This document shows positions 1 to 8,761 of a stretch of DNA of 64,000 bases, one piece after another (the first letter of the stretch is position 1; each line of letters opens with the position of its first letter). A program made the translations under genes and the position numbers. Source of the stretch: Alphaproteobacteria bacterium UBA2903 (lineage in GTDB: Bacteria > Pseudomonadota > Alphaproteobacteria > CAAGCB01 > CAG-977); NCBI GenBank assembly GCA_002349565.1, contig DEDN01000027.1, positions 39,669-103,668 of the forward strand, given 5' to 3'. A model generated the notes under the pieces. It was not told the origin of the DNA. It did not search any database and was given only the letters and a program-made list of their open reading frames with translations.

Positions 1-183
1 GCTTTTTCATAACGCTGACGCAGAAAGCTTTCGGGCGCTTTGCCTTTGCGGAAACCGGGGATAGTCGCCGTTTCGCCGATAGATTTGATTTTGTCCGTGA
101 CTTTGGAAGCGATAACGTCGGCGGGGACGACGACCTTAAAAGCATGCTTCAAGCCGTCAACTTTTGTTTCAGTAACCTGCATG
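1..183 (-). CDS. tig: Trigger factor, N-terminal part (runs off window start)
   Basis: Minus-strand translation from the ATG at 181-183 gives MQVTETKVDGLKHAFKVVVPADVIASKVTDKIKSIGETATIPGFRKGKAPESFLRQRYEK, the conserved trigger-factor N-terminal ribosome-binding domain (GFRxGKxP). Confidence 0.8.
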
Positions 184-240
184 AACCTAAATCCTATAAA
201 AATAAAACACGTTTCGTCAGCCGCAAAGGGGGAAACAAAC

Positions 241-325
241 TGGTGCGGGTGAAGGGACTCGAACCCCCAAGGCGCAAGCCATCGGAACCTAAATCCGACG
301 TGTCTACCAATTCCACCACACCCGC
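241..325 (-). tRNA. tRNA-Leu (anticodon TAG)
   Basis: The reverse complement GCGGGTG...CACCCGCACCA folds as a cloverleaf. It has a 7-bp acceptor stem, anticodon stem TCGGA/TCCGA with loop TTTAGGT, a long variable arm and a GTTCGAGTC T-loop. Confidence 0.85.
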
Positions 326-489
326 GTTTAACTTCGCGGAAACGATTCAACAGACTTCTATAACATAAAAAGGCGAAACTGCAAACGAATTCTTGCGCGC
401 CTTGACCGAAAGGACGAAAAAAGCGGGAAAAGTCAAAAAAAAGACTTGATAAACGCCCGAAATCCCTATATACAGAAAGCGGTTACAAC

Positions 490-565
490 GCCGGCTTGGC
501 ACAGTTGGTAGCGCAGTTGATTTGTAATCATCAGGTCGGGGGTTCAAATCCCTCAGCCGGCACCA
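490..565 (+). tRNA. tRNA-Thr (anticodon TGT)
   Basis: A 76-nt GCCGGCT...AGCCGGCACCA sequence with a perfect 7-bp acceptor stem, T-loop GGTTCAAATCC and anticodon loop TTTGTAA. There is one mismatch in the anticodon stem. Confidence 0.7.
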
Positions 566-566
566 T

Positions 567-598
567 AAAAAAATTCCCCTTTACGGGGAATTTTTTTA
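567..598 (+). terminator. Rho-independent terminator after tRNA-Thr
   Basis: Hairpin aattcccc-tttac-ggggaatt followed by a T7 run. Confidence 0.55.
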
Positions 599-599
599 T

Positions 600-1010
600 G
601 GTATCAAGTTTATGCGGGATTTATTCGGGACTGACGTCCCTCACCCCTGCGGGGTCGCCTTCGGCGCTACCTGCGCTTGCGCTTCGGTCGAACCCTAAGA
701 GGGCGCTGAGCGTCTTGGAAAACAGGCTATAACGCCTGTTTTCAGCGAAGCGGGGCGAAGCCGGAAACAAAACGTCAGTTTTGTTTATCCCTCAGCCGGC
801 TTTATTTAATTTCATGCGCTTCGGTCGAACCCTAAGAGGGCGTTGAGCGTCTCGGGAAACAGGCTGAACGCCTGTTTTCAGCGAAGCGGGGCGGAGCCGA
901 AAACAAAACGGCAGTTTTGTTTATCCCTCAGCCGGCTTTATTTAATTTCATGCGCTTCGGTCAAACCCTAAGAGGGTGTTGAGCGTCTTGGAAAACAAAA
1001 AAGCCCCCCC
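600..1010. repeat. 80-bp structured head element followed by 2.4 tandem copies of a 136-bp repeat unit
   Basis: The units at 679-815, 816-951 and 952-~1003 (truncated) are more than 90% identical. Each has two strong hairpins (aacaggc..gcctgtt and aaacaaaac..gttttgttt) and the 14-mer atccctcagccggc, which is identical to the tRNA-Thr 3' end. A copy of the head element recurs at 49226-49320. Confidence 0.8.
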
Positions 1011-1045
1011 GCAAAGGAGTGCTTTTTTTTGCTTAAAAAGCATAC

Positions 1046-1531
1046 TCAAGCATCGGCTTCGCGCACCGCTTTGGCGATATTGCTCAACATGCCGTTGACA
1101 ACGCGGATTTCCGCCCCGTCATAGAAACACGACGTCAAATCGACGTATTCTTTTAAAATCACGGCAACGGGCGTTTCGGGAAAAGCCAGCAATTCGGCGA
1201 CACCCGCCTGCAAAATCGCTTTCAGCGTTTTTTCAACGCGGTCTTCCGTCCAATCGGCGGCAAGCGACGCCTTAATCATTTCGTTGATGTGATCGGAATT
1301 TTCGGCATACGACGCCAAAATGCCCGAAAACAGCGTCGGTTCGGCGGGCATGACGGGAACGAATTCTTCCGTTCCGAAATCGTCTTTTTCTTCAATGACT
1401 TCCGCGCCGATGTCGCCGTTCATGAATTCGCGGGCGATTTGGTCAATCGTTTTTTCCCCGAACCCGTATTCGTACAGGGCTTGAACCGCCGCCAAACGGG
1501 ACGAACTGCGGTTTGTTCTTTGTTTAGACAT
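1046..1531 (-). CDS. nusB: Transcription antitermination factor NusB
   Basis: The 161-aa MSKQRTNRSSSRLAAVQALYEY... sequence matches the NusB family signature. Confidence 0.9.
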   Translation of the reverse strand: MSKQRTNRSSSRLAAVQALYEYGFGEKTIDQIAREFMNGDIGAEVIEEKDDFGTEEFVPVMPAEPTLFSGILASYAENSDHINEMIKASLAADWTEDRVEKTLKAILQAGVAELLAFPETPVAVILKEYVDLTSCFYDGAEIRVVNGMLSNIAKAVREADA

Positions 1532-2026
1532 TTAAATGTCCTCCTCGGTATTCTGATGTTTATCGGTTGTTTCGGCGACTTTTTCCAAAGACGCGACAAA
1601 AGCTTTAAAATCCTCGGCTTCGCGGAAATCGCGGTACACGGACGCAAAGCGCACATACGCCACGGGGTCCAGTTCGGACAACGCCTGCATGACCATTTCG
1701 CCGATTTGCACCGACGGAATTTCGCTTTCGCCCGACACTTCCAGCTGGCGCTGAATGCTGTTTACAATCAGTTCGACCTGTTCGGGCGAAATCGGGCGTT
1801 TGCGTACCGCTATCGTAATCGAGCGCTGCAGTTTGTCGCGGTCGAACGGCATGCGCGACGCGTCTTTTTTGATAACGGTCAATTCACGCAGCTGCACGCG
1901 CTCAAACGTCGTAAAGCGCGACCCGCACGCGGGACAAAAGCGGCGGCGGCGAATGGACGAATTGTCGTCGCTGGGACGCGAATCCTTGACTTGCGTTTCG
2001 GCAAAGCCGCAGAAAGGACAGCGCAT
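1532..2026 (-). CDS. nrdR: Transcriptional repressor NrdR
   Basis: MRCPFCG...[14 protein letters not shown] zinc ribbon followed by an ATP-cone domain. The gene directly abuts nusB. Confidence 0.9.
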   Translation of the reverse strand: MRCPFCGFAETQVKDSRPSDDNSSIRRRRFCPACGSRFTTFERVQLRELTVIKKDASRMPFDRDKLQRSITIAVRKRPISPEQVELIVNSIQRQLEVSGESEIPSVQIGEMVMQALSELDPVAYVRFASVYRDFREAEDFKAFVASLEKVAETTDKHQNTEEDI

Positions 2027-2029
2027 AAA

Positions 2030-3319
2030 TCAAGCCTCCGCCATCAAGCCTTCGTAAATCGGAAAGCGGCGGCACAATTCCAAAACGGTTTCGCGCGCTT
2101 TTTCTTCGGCGGCGGCGTTGTCGTCGGGATTTTGCGCCAGACCGTCCAGCACATCGCCAATCAGGTTGGCGACCGTTCTGAACTCTTCGACACCAAAGCC
2201 GCGGGTCGTCCCCGCAGGCGTTCCCAAACGGACGCCCGACGTTACGGTCGGCTTTTCGGGGTCGAACGGAATGCCGTTTTTGTTGCACGTCATTCCCGCG
2301 CGTTCCAAGCTTTTTTCAGCCAGCTTGCCCGTCAATCCTTTCGGACGCAAATCGACCAGAACCAAATGCGTATCCGTTCCGCCCGAAACCAAATTCAAGC
2401 CGCGTCCGATCAGCGTTTCGCCCAGCACTTTGGCGTTGGCGACGACGGATTTTGCGTATTCTTTGAATTCGGGCTTCAGCGCTTCGCCCAAAGCGACGGC
2501 TTTGCCCGCGATGACGTGCATCAAAGGTCCGCCCTGCAGTCCGGGGAAAACGGCGGAGTTGATTTTTTTCGCCAAATCTTCGCGGTTGGTCAAAATCATG
2601 CCGCCGCGCGGACCGCGCAAAGTCTTGTGCGTTGTGGTTGTGACGACATCCGCGTATTTCAGCGGGTTTTCGTGAACACCGCCCGCGACCAATCCCGCAA
2701 AGTGCGCCATATCGACCATCAGCAAAGCCCCGACTTCGTCCGCAATCGCGCGGAATTTTGCGAAATCGATGGCGCGCGGATACGCCGACCCGCCCGCGAT
2801 AATCAGCTTGGGCTTGTGTTCTTTTGCCAGACGTTCGACTTCTTCAAAGTCGATTAAGCCGTCCTCTTTGCGCACGCCGTACTGAACGGCGTTGAACCAT
2901 TTTCCCGACAACGCGACGGACGCGCCGTGCGTCAAATGACCGCCCGCGGACAAAGACATGCCCATCAGCGTATCCCCCGGCTGCAGCAAAGCCAGCTGTA
3001 CCGCGCCGTTTGCCTGCGCCCCCGAATGAGGCTGAACGTTCACGAATTGAGCGCCGAACAATTTTTTCGCGCGTTCAATCGCCAAGTTTTCGGCGATATC
3101 GACAAACTCGCAACCGCCGTAATAGCGTCTGCCGCAGTAGCCTTCGGCGTATTTATTGGTCAAAATCGACCCTTGCGCTTCCAAAACGGCTTTGGAAACA
3201 ATGTTTTCGGACGCAATCAGTTCGATTTGGTTTTGCTGACGCGTCAATTCCTTGTAAATTCCCGCGTAGATTTCGGGATCGGATTCTTTCAGCGAACGGG
3301 TGAAAAAAGCGTTGTTCAT
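2030..3319 (-). CDS. glyA: Serine hydroxymethyltransferase
   Basis: The 429-aa protein has the PLP-lysine motif [14 protein letters not shown] and the SENIVS and [15 protein letters not shown] motifs. Confidence 0.95.
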   Translation of the reverse strand: MNNAFFTRSLKESDPEIYAGIYKELTRQQNQIELIASENIVSKAVLEAQGSILTNKYAEGYCGRRYYGGCEFVDIAENLAIERAKKLFGAQFVNVQPHSGAQANGAVQLALLQPGDTLMGMSLSAGGHLTHGASVALSGKWFNAVQYGVRKEDGLIDFEEVERLAKEHKPKLIIAGGSAYPRAIDFAKFRAIADEVGALLMVDMAHFAGLVAGGVHENPLKYADVVTTTTHKTLRGPRGGMILTNREDLAKKINSAVFPGLQGGPLMHVIAGKAVALGEALKPEFKEYAKSVVANAKVLGETLIGRGLNLVSGGTDTHLVLVDLRPKGLTGKLAEKSLERAGMTCNKNGIPFDPEKPTVTSGVRLGTPAGTTRGFGVEEFRTVANLIGDVLDGLAQNPDDNAAAEEKARETVLELCRRFPIYEGLMAEA

Positions 3320-3328
3320 AGAAGCTCC

Positions 3329-3769
3329 TTAAACCAAATGGGACAGTTTTTCGACGCGGCGCGCATGTCTGCCGCCCGCAAATTGCGTGTTCAAAAACGT
3401 GTTCAGGCAGTCGTAAGCAACCTCGACGCCCGTCGTTCTGCCGCCGAAAACGATAACGTTCGCGTTGTTGTGTTCGCGGCACAGGCGCGCGCCGAAAGCA
3501 TCGTGAATCAGCGCCGCGCGGATGAACGGAAAGCGGTTGGCGGCAATGCTGATGCCGATGCCCGTTCCGCAAACCAGAACGCCGCGTTCGGCTTTGCCCG
3601 CCTTAATCGCGTCCGCCATTTTCGCCGCCATATCGGGATAATCGACGGAATCGGTCGAATACGTCCCCAAATCCAACGGCTCGTACCCCCATTCGGCAAG
3701 CTTTTCCGCCAACAGGTTTTTCAGTTCAAATCCGCCGTGATCCGCGGCAAGGGCGATGACTTCAGCCAT
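3329..3769 (-). CDS. rpiB: Ribose-5-phosphate isomerase B (RpiB/LacAB family)
   Basis: MAEVIALAADHGGFELK...GVLVCGTGIGISIAANR. Confidence 0.85.
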   Translation of the reverse strand: MAEVIALAADHGGFELKNLLAEKLAEWGYEPLDLGTYSTDSVDYPDMAAKMADAIKAGKAERGVLVCGTGIGISIAANRFPFIRAALIHDAFGARLCREHNNANVIVFGGRTTGVEVAYDCLNTFLNTQFAGGRHARRVEKLSHLV

Positions 3770-3808
3770 AACGACAACTCCTTTACAAAAATGTTTTTCA
3801 AAGTTTTA

Positions 3809-4009
3809 TCACACGGGATTGCTTTTGGTCAAAACATATTCCAGTTTTTTGCGCGCCAGCATTTTCAGCGACAGCATCGGCGTGTTGCGCGGCGCCATAA
3901 AGCTGACCTCCGTTCCCGTTTCTTCGTGAACGGCAATGACTTTGACGGCATTGCCTATCGGTTGGATTTGCAGGATGATTCCGTCGCTCACGAGTTCAAA
4001 GCTCCGCAC
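3809..4009 (-). CDS. Small hypothetical protein (66 aa)
   Basis: The ORF lies between rpiB and the M16 peptidase and its 5' end overlaps the peptidase stop by about 20 nt. It shows no compositional oddity, and its function is unknown. Confidence 0.4.
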   Translation of the reverse strand: MRSFELVSDGIILQIQPIGNAVKVIAVHEETGTEVSFMAPRNTPMLSLKMLARKKLEYVLTKSNPV

Positions 4010-5244
4010 AATTCATCGTAAGACATCACGTTTTTGACGGGGCCCAAAGCGGCAAAGGTCGGTTTTTGCGCAAACGTCTTGCGCGCGAAATCCAACACCT
4101 GTTCGGGCGTTACGGCGTTGATTTTGTCCAGCACTTCGTCCTTTTCAATCAAGCGGTCGTAAATCAGCAGATTGCCCGCGTTTTGTTCGCAGCGCGCCGT
4201 CGGATGTTCCAAAGACATCAAAATCCCCGCCTTCAGCTGGGCTTTGCCGCGGTTCAACTCTTCTTCGGTCAAAGAATCCTGCATTTTTTTGATTTCGTCG
4301 CAAACGGCGGGCATGATTTCAGCGGCTTCCTCTTCGCCCGTTCCCGCGTAAACGCCGAACAGCCCGCCCTTTGTCGCGGGGGAAAAGAACGAATACACCG
4401 TATAGACCAAGCCCCGCTTTTCGCGGATTTCCTGAAACAGCCGCGACGACATGCCGCCGCCGAACACCGTCGAAAGCAAATGCGCGGTGTAATAGTTTTC
4501 GTCATAGTACGACACCGACGGAAAACCCAAAATCAGATTGACCTGCTCGATTTTCTTTTTTTGGCGGAAATCCCCGCCGGCATAGGACGGCTGCGGCGCT
4601 TCAAAGCCCTTTGCGGGGGCGAGTTCGGCAAACGCCTTTTCAACCAAAGACACGAAAACGTCGTGCTTGACATTGCCGCTTGCCGCCAGCACCATTCTGT
4701 CGGGCGTGTAGTTCGATTTCAAGTAGTGGTTCAGCGTTTCGCGGCTGACTCCCTTGACCGTTTCGACGGAGCCCAGAACGGGACGGCCGAACGACTGATT
4801 CGGAAAAGCCGTTTCCTGAAAATAATCGAAAATAATATCGTCGGGGGTATCGACGGATTGGTTGATTTCCTGCAAAACGACGGCTTTTTCACGGTCGAAT
4901 TCGTCGGGCGCGAACGTCGAATGAAGCAAAATATCCGCCAGAATATCGACGGCAAGAGGCAAATCCTCTTTCAGCACTTTGATATAAAAGGATGTCGTTT
5001 CGCGCGACGTGCAGGCATTGAAATAGCCGCCGACGTTTTCGATTTCCTCGGCGATTTGGCGGGCGGTGCGGGTGGTCGTGCCTTTGAACACCATGTGTTC
5101 AAGCAGGTGAGAAATGCCGTTGATTTCGGCGGGTTCATACATCGACCCGACCCCGACCCACGCGCCCAAAGCCACGGTGTCGAGTTCGTTCATTTCGTCG
5201 GTTACGATTCGCAGGGAATTCGGCAAACGGGAAACGGTGCGCAT
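3988..5244 (-). CDS. M16-family zinc peptidase (pitrilysin/MPP-like)
   Basis: A 418-aa protein with the inverted zincin HxxEH motif (SHLLEHMVFKGT) near the N-terminus. Confidence 0.85.
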   Translation of the reverse strand: MRTVSRLPNSLRIVTDEMNELDTVALGAWVGVGSMYEPAEINGISHLLEHMVFKGTTTRTARQIAEEIENVGGYFNACTSRETTSFYIKVLKEDLPLAVDILADILLHSTFAPDEFDREKAVVLQEINQSVDTPDDIIFDYFQETAFPNQSFGRPVLGSVETVKGVSRETLNHYLKSNYTPDRMVLAASGNVKHDVFVSLVEKAFAELAPAKGFEAPQPSYAGGDFRQKKKIEQVNLILGFPSVSYYDENYYTAHLLSTVFGGGMSSRLFQEIREKRGLVYTVYSFFSPATKGGLFGVYAGTGEEEAAEIMPAVCDEIKKMQDSLTEEELNRGKAQLKAGILMSLEHPTARCEQNAGNLLIYDRLIEKDEVLDKINAVTPEQVLDFARKTFAQKPTFAALGPVKNVMSYDELCGALNS

Positions 5245-5246
5245 TT

Positions 5247-6644
5247 TCAGACCTCTTTTTTCACACTGTTTTCAATAAAGTAGGTAATCGAATCATATTG
5301 ATTCGGCAAAACGGTAAAGCTTTCGCGCCGCGTCATCAAATCCGACAAAACGGGCGGCAAAGCGGGCGTTATGCCCGTCGCTTCGCGCACGGGAATCGGG
5401 AATTTCGCGGGATGAGCCGTCGCCAGCACAATCATCGGAACATCTTTTTCGGCATACCGTTCCGCCGCCGCAAAGCCGATGGCGGAATGCGGATCGACGA
5501 TTTCGCCCGACAGCTTGTAAACGCGCGCGATTTCCGCTTTCGTTTCCGCGTCGTCGCAGCGCATCCCCTTGAAGAATGCGCGGATTTTCGTCAAAACATC
5601 GGCGGGGACTTCATATTTTCCGTCGTATTTGAACACGTCCATCAGATGCACAATCGCTTTTGCGTCGCGGTCGAACATCTCGAACAGCAAGCGTTCAAAG
5701 TTTGACGAGATTTGAATATCCATCGACGGGCTGATGGACGGCTTGACGGGACGTTTTTCCATAACGCCCGTTTCCAAAAACCGCGGCAGAATGTCGTTCG
5801 CATTCGACCCCAGCACCAGCGTTTTAATCGGCAGTCCCGCCTTTTTCGCGACAAAGCCCGCGAAAATGTTGCCGAAGTTGCCCGTCGGCACGGCAAAGGA
5901 CACTTCGCGGTCGGGCGCGCCCAGCTGTAAAGCGGCATAGAAATAGTACACGACTTGCGCCATAATGCGCGCCCAGTTAATCGAGTTCACGGCGGACAGA
6001 TTGTATTTCGTTCTGAACGCTTCGTCGCCGAACAGCGCTTTGACAATCGCCTGACAATCGTCGAAAGTGCCTTCCAGCGCGATATTGAACACGTTGCGCG
6101 ACAAAGTCGTCGTCATCTGACGGCGCTGGACTTCGGACACGCGGTTGTGCGGATGCAAAATAAAGATGTCCAGATTATCCAGTCCTTTGCAGGCTTCAAT
6201 CGCCGCCGATCCCGTGTCGCCCGATGTTGCGCCGACAATGGTGATATGCTTTCCGCTGCGGGACAAAACGCGGTTGAACATCCGCCCGACCACCTGCAAA
6301 GCGTAATCCTTGAACGCCAAAGTCGGACCGTAAAACAGCTGTTCGACCCACAGATTTTCGCGAATTTGCTTTAACGGAGCGACGGCGGCGTGCGTGAATT
6401 TGCCGTAAGCGCCCGCCGCGATATCCTTTAATTCGGATTCGGTCAAGCAGCCCGCCGTAAAAGGCGCCATGACTTTCGCCGCCAGTTCGGGATAGCTCAA
6501 CGCCTGCATTTTGCGAATTTCGTCCGCCGAAAAGAGCGGGTATTCCTGCGGAACGTACAGCCCGCCGTCGGGGGCAAGCCCCGCCAGCAAAACGTTTTCA
6601 AAATCCAAAGCGGACGCTTTGCCGCGCGTACTGATATATTTCAC
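5247..6644 (-). CDS. thrC: Threonine synthase
   Basis: A 465-aa protein with the N-terminal MKYISTRG signature and a PLP fold. Confidence 0.9.
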   Translation of the reverse strand: MKYISTRGKASALDFENVLLAGLAPDGGLYVPQEYPLFSADEIRKMQALSYPELAAKVMAPFTAGCLTESELKDIAAGAYGKFTHAAVAPLKQIRENLWVEQLFYGPTLAFKDYALQVVGRMFNRVLSRSGKHITIVGATSGDTGSAAIEACKGLDNLDIFILHPHNRVSEVQRRQMTTTLSRNVFNIALEGTFDDCQAIVKALFGDEAFRTKYNLSAVNSINWARIMAQVVYYFYAALQLGAPDREVSFAVPTGNFGNIFAGFVAKKAGLPIKTLVLGSNANDILPRFLETGVMEKRPVKPSISPSMDIQISSNFERLLFEMFDRDAKAIVHLMDVFKYDGKYEVPADVLTKIRAFFKGMRCDDAETKAEIARVYKLSGEIVDPHSAIGFAAAERYAEKDVPMIVLATAHPAKFPIPVREATGITPALPPVLSDLMTRRESFTVLPNQYDSITYFIENSVKKEV

Positions 6645-6780
6645 GAATAAGCTCCTTGCAACAGGGATAAATCTTTACCCCTATATAAGTACATCTTTTG
6701 TTTAAATACAACATCGGATTTGAAACTTTGCCCCGTTTTTGGTATAAAGAGCTCAACAAAACAACGAAAGGACGAAACGG

Positions 6781-7428
6781 ATGAAAAAAATCGCGGTGTT
6801 GCTGTCGGGATGCGGAGTTATGGACGGGTCGGAAATTCACGAAGCCGTCACCGCAATGCTTGCCATTGAACAACAGGGGGCGAAGTATCACTGCTTTGCG
6901 CCCGAAGGCAGTCAAGCCGTCGCAATGAACCACATCTTGAAGCGTCCTATGAACGAAACCCGCCGCATGCCCGCCGAAGCCGCCCGTATCGCGCGCAGCG
7001 ACCTTTCGCTGTTAAGCTCTTACCGCGCCGCAGACTACGACGGGCTTTTGCTGCCCGGCGGAATGGGGGTGATTTTGAATCTGTGCGATTTCGCGCACCA
7101 AGGACCGAACTGCTCGGTTCATCCCGATGTGGAGCGCGCTTTGATTGAAACGCACCAAGCGGGCAAACCGATTGCCGCGCTGTGCATTGCGCCCGTTGTC
7201 GTCGCCCGCGTGCTGAAAGGCGTAACCGTCACAATCGGCAACGACGCGGAAACGGCAATGGCGATTAAACAAATGGGCGGCACGCACAAAATCTGCAATG
7301 CCGCCGAAGTCTGCATCGACACGAAAAACAAAATCGTTTCGACGCCGTGCTATATGCTGGACAAATCGCTGAAAGACGTGGCAATCAGCACTTCAAACGC
7401 CGTCAAGGATTTGTTGACGCTTGCTTAG
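6781..7428 (+). CDS. elbB: DJ-1/PfpI-family protein (ElbB / glyoxalase III-like)
   Basis: MKKIAVLLSGCGVMDGSEIHEAV...AALCIAP. Confidence 0.8.
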   Translation: MKKIAVLLSGCGVMDGSEIHEAVTAMLAIEQQGAKYHCFAPEGSQAVAMNHILKRPMNETRRMPAEAARIARSDLSLLSSYRAADYDGLLLPGGMGVILNLCDFAHQGPNCSVHPDVERALIETHQAGKPIAALCIAPVVVARVLKGVTVTIGNDAETAMAIKQMGGTHKICNAAEVCIDTKNKIVSTPCYMLDKSLKDVAISTSNAVKDLLTLA

Positions 7429-8086
7429 CCGCCGCTTCGCGTTTGGATTTCCAGATGAAATAGAATGACGTTAAAATTCCGAATCCGATAAGGACGACGG
7501 GAATAATCGTCAAAATCCGCATGACGTCTTCCTGATGGTTACGGAAAAACTCGGTCTGTCCCGCGAAATAGCTGAGCGTAATCAGCAAACCGACCCACAA
7601 CACACCGCTGACCCAGTTGACAACGTGGAACACGCGGCGTTCCATGCCCGACACGCCGATAAACAGCGGCATCAGCGTCCGCACGAACGCGGTAAAACGC
7701 GCCAGCAACAAAGCCAGAATACCGTATTTGTGCAACATTCTTTCGGTTTTGTCGTGGTATTTTTGGGGAATATGGCTCATCCAGCGTTTAACGACGCGGC
7801 TTTCGCTCAGCCACCTGCCCTGCCAATAGCCGACTTCGGAACCCAGCGCCGCGCCGACCGTCAAAACCGCAAGGGTAATCCAGTAATCGGCAATGCCGTG
7901 AACAATCAGCGTTCCCGCCAACAGCAACAAGCTGTCGCCCGGCAGAAAAGTCGCGGGCAAAATACCGTTTTCCAACACCAGCACAACGAACAAAACGGCA
8001 TAAAGCATAAAAACCAAATCGGGATTGGCAAGCGTTTGAAAATCCTGTTCCCACAAAGCTTTTAACAACGTCCCGATTTTTTCCAT
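7403..8086 (-). CDS. DedA-family inner-membrane protein
   Basis: A 227-aa multi-TM protein with the DedA motifs (LENGILPATFLPGDSLLLLAG). Confidence 0.8.
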   Translation of the reverse strand: MEKIGTLLKALWEQDFQTLANPDLVFMLYAVLFVVLVLENGILPATFLPGDSLLLLAGTLIVHGIADYWITLAVLTVGAALGSEVGYWQGRWLSESRVVKRWMSHIPQKYHDKTERMLHKYGILALLLARFTAFVRTLMPLFIGVSGMERRVFHVVNWVSGVLWVGLLITLSYFAGQTEFFRNHQEDVMRILTIIPVVLIGFGILTSFYFIWKSKREAAAKQASTNP

Positions 8087-8148
8087 AACTTACCGTCCTT
8101 TCCGTTGATTGATTCGTTAATAAAGATAATGAAAAAAAGACTTGTTTT

Positions 8149-8658
8149 TCAACAGTTATTTTTACCTTTTTGACAAAAAAGTTTCACAATGCCGGCGTGT
8201 CCGTTTTTTTGCGCCAGCTCAACCGCCGTCTGCCCGCCGTACACCTGTTTTTCGGGGTTTGCGCCCGCGTCGAACAACAGCTTTGCGACCGTAAAATAAC
8301 CGCGCAAAGCCGCATCCGCCAAAGCTTCGTCCAAAGCGGCGGGAGCGGCGGGAATCAAAACGCGCGCCGTATCGGCGTTGTTGTGCGCGGCGGCGGCAAT
8401 CAAAGCGGCGTCCGCCTCCCCTCCTTTGAGCTTCAACAGCCGTTCGACCAAAGCCGTATGCCCGAACCGCGCGGCGGCGACAATCGCCCAGGAATCGAAA
8501 ACGCCCGCTTCGATAAAACATTCGACGATTTCGGTTTCGCCCGCTTCGCACGCGTTGACCAAAGCCCCTTTGAAATCGTCCGCCGCCCCTCCCTGCTTCA
8601 AACATTCCCGCAGTTGAGCGATATCTTGATTTTTAACGGCTTCGTAGACGGACGGCAT
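8149..8658 (-). CDS. Ankyrin-repeat protein
   Basis: A 169-aa protein with several ANK-like repeats (GHTALV..LL..GA..., LIAAAAHNNADTARVLI). It has no signal peptide. Confidence 0.65.
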   Translation of the reverse strand: MPSVYEAVKNQDIAQLRECLKQGGAADDFKGALVNACEAGETEIVECFIEAGVFDSWAIVAAARFGHTALVERLLKLKGGEADAALIAAAAHNNADTARVLIPAAPAALDEALADAALRGYFTVAKLLFDAGANPEKQVYGGQTAVELAQKNGHAGIVKLFCQKGKNNC

Positions 8659-8761
8659 GGGCGGCTTCTCCTGTTTTTTTTGATGATAACACCCGATTTT
8701 TCGTTTGTCACAGCCCTTTTTGGCTTTTATACTTGCCCCGATTTTTCAAAGGAGATTCTCC

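Noticed and set aside
600-1010. Possible CRISPR array
   Set aside because: The repeats are 136 bp long and directly abutting, with no unique spacers. They are tandem direct repeats, not a CRISPR.
1289-2857. 522-aa plus-strand ORF
   Set aside because: It is entirely antisense to nusB, nrdR and glyA, whose products have unmistakable family signatures. Its translation is the Arg/Phe/Gly-rich low-complexity pattern typical of open antisense frames in GC-rich DNA.
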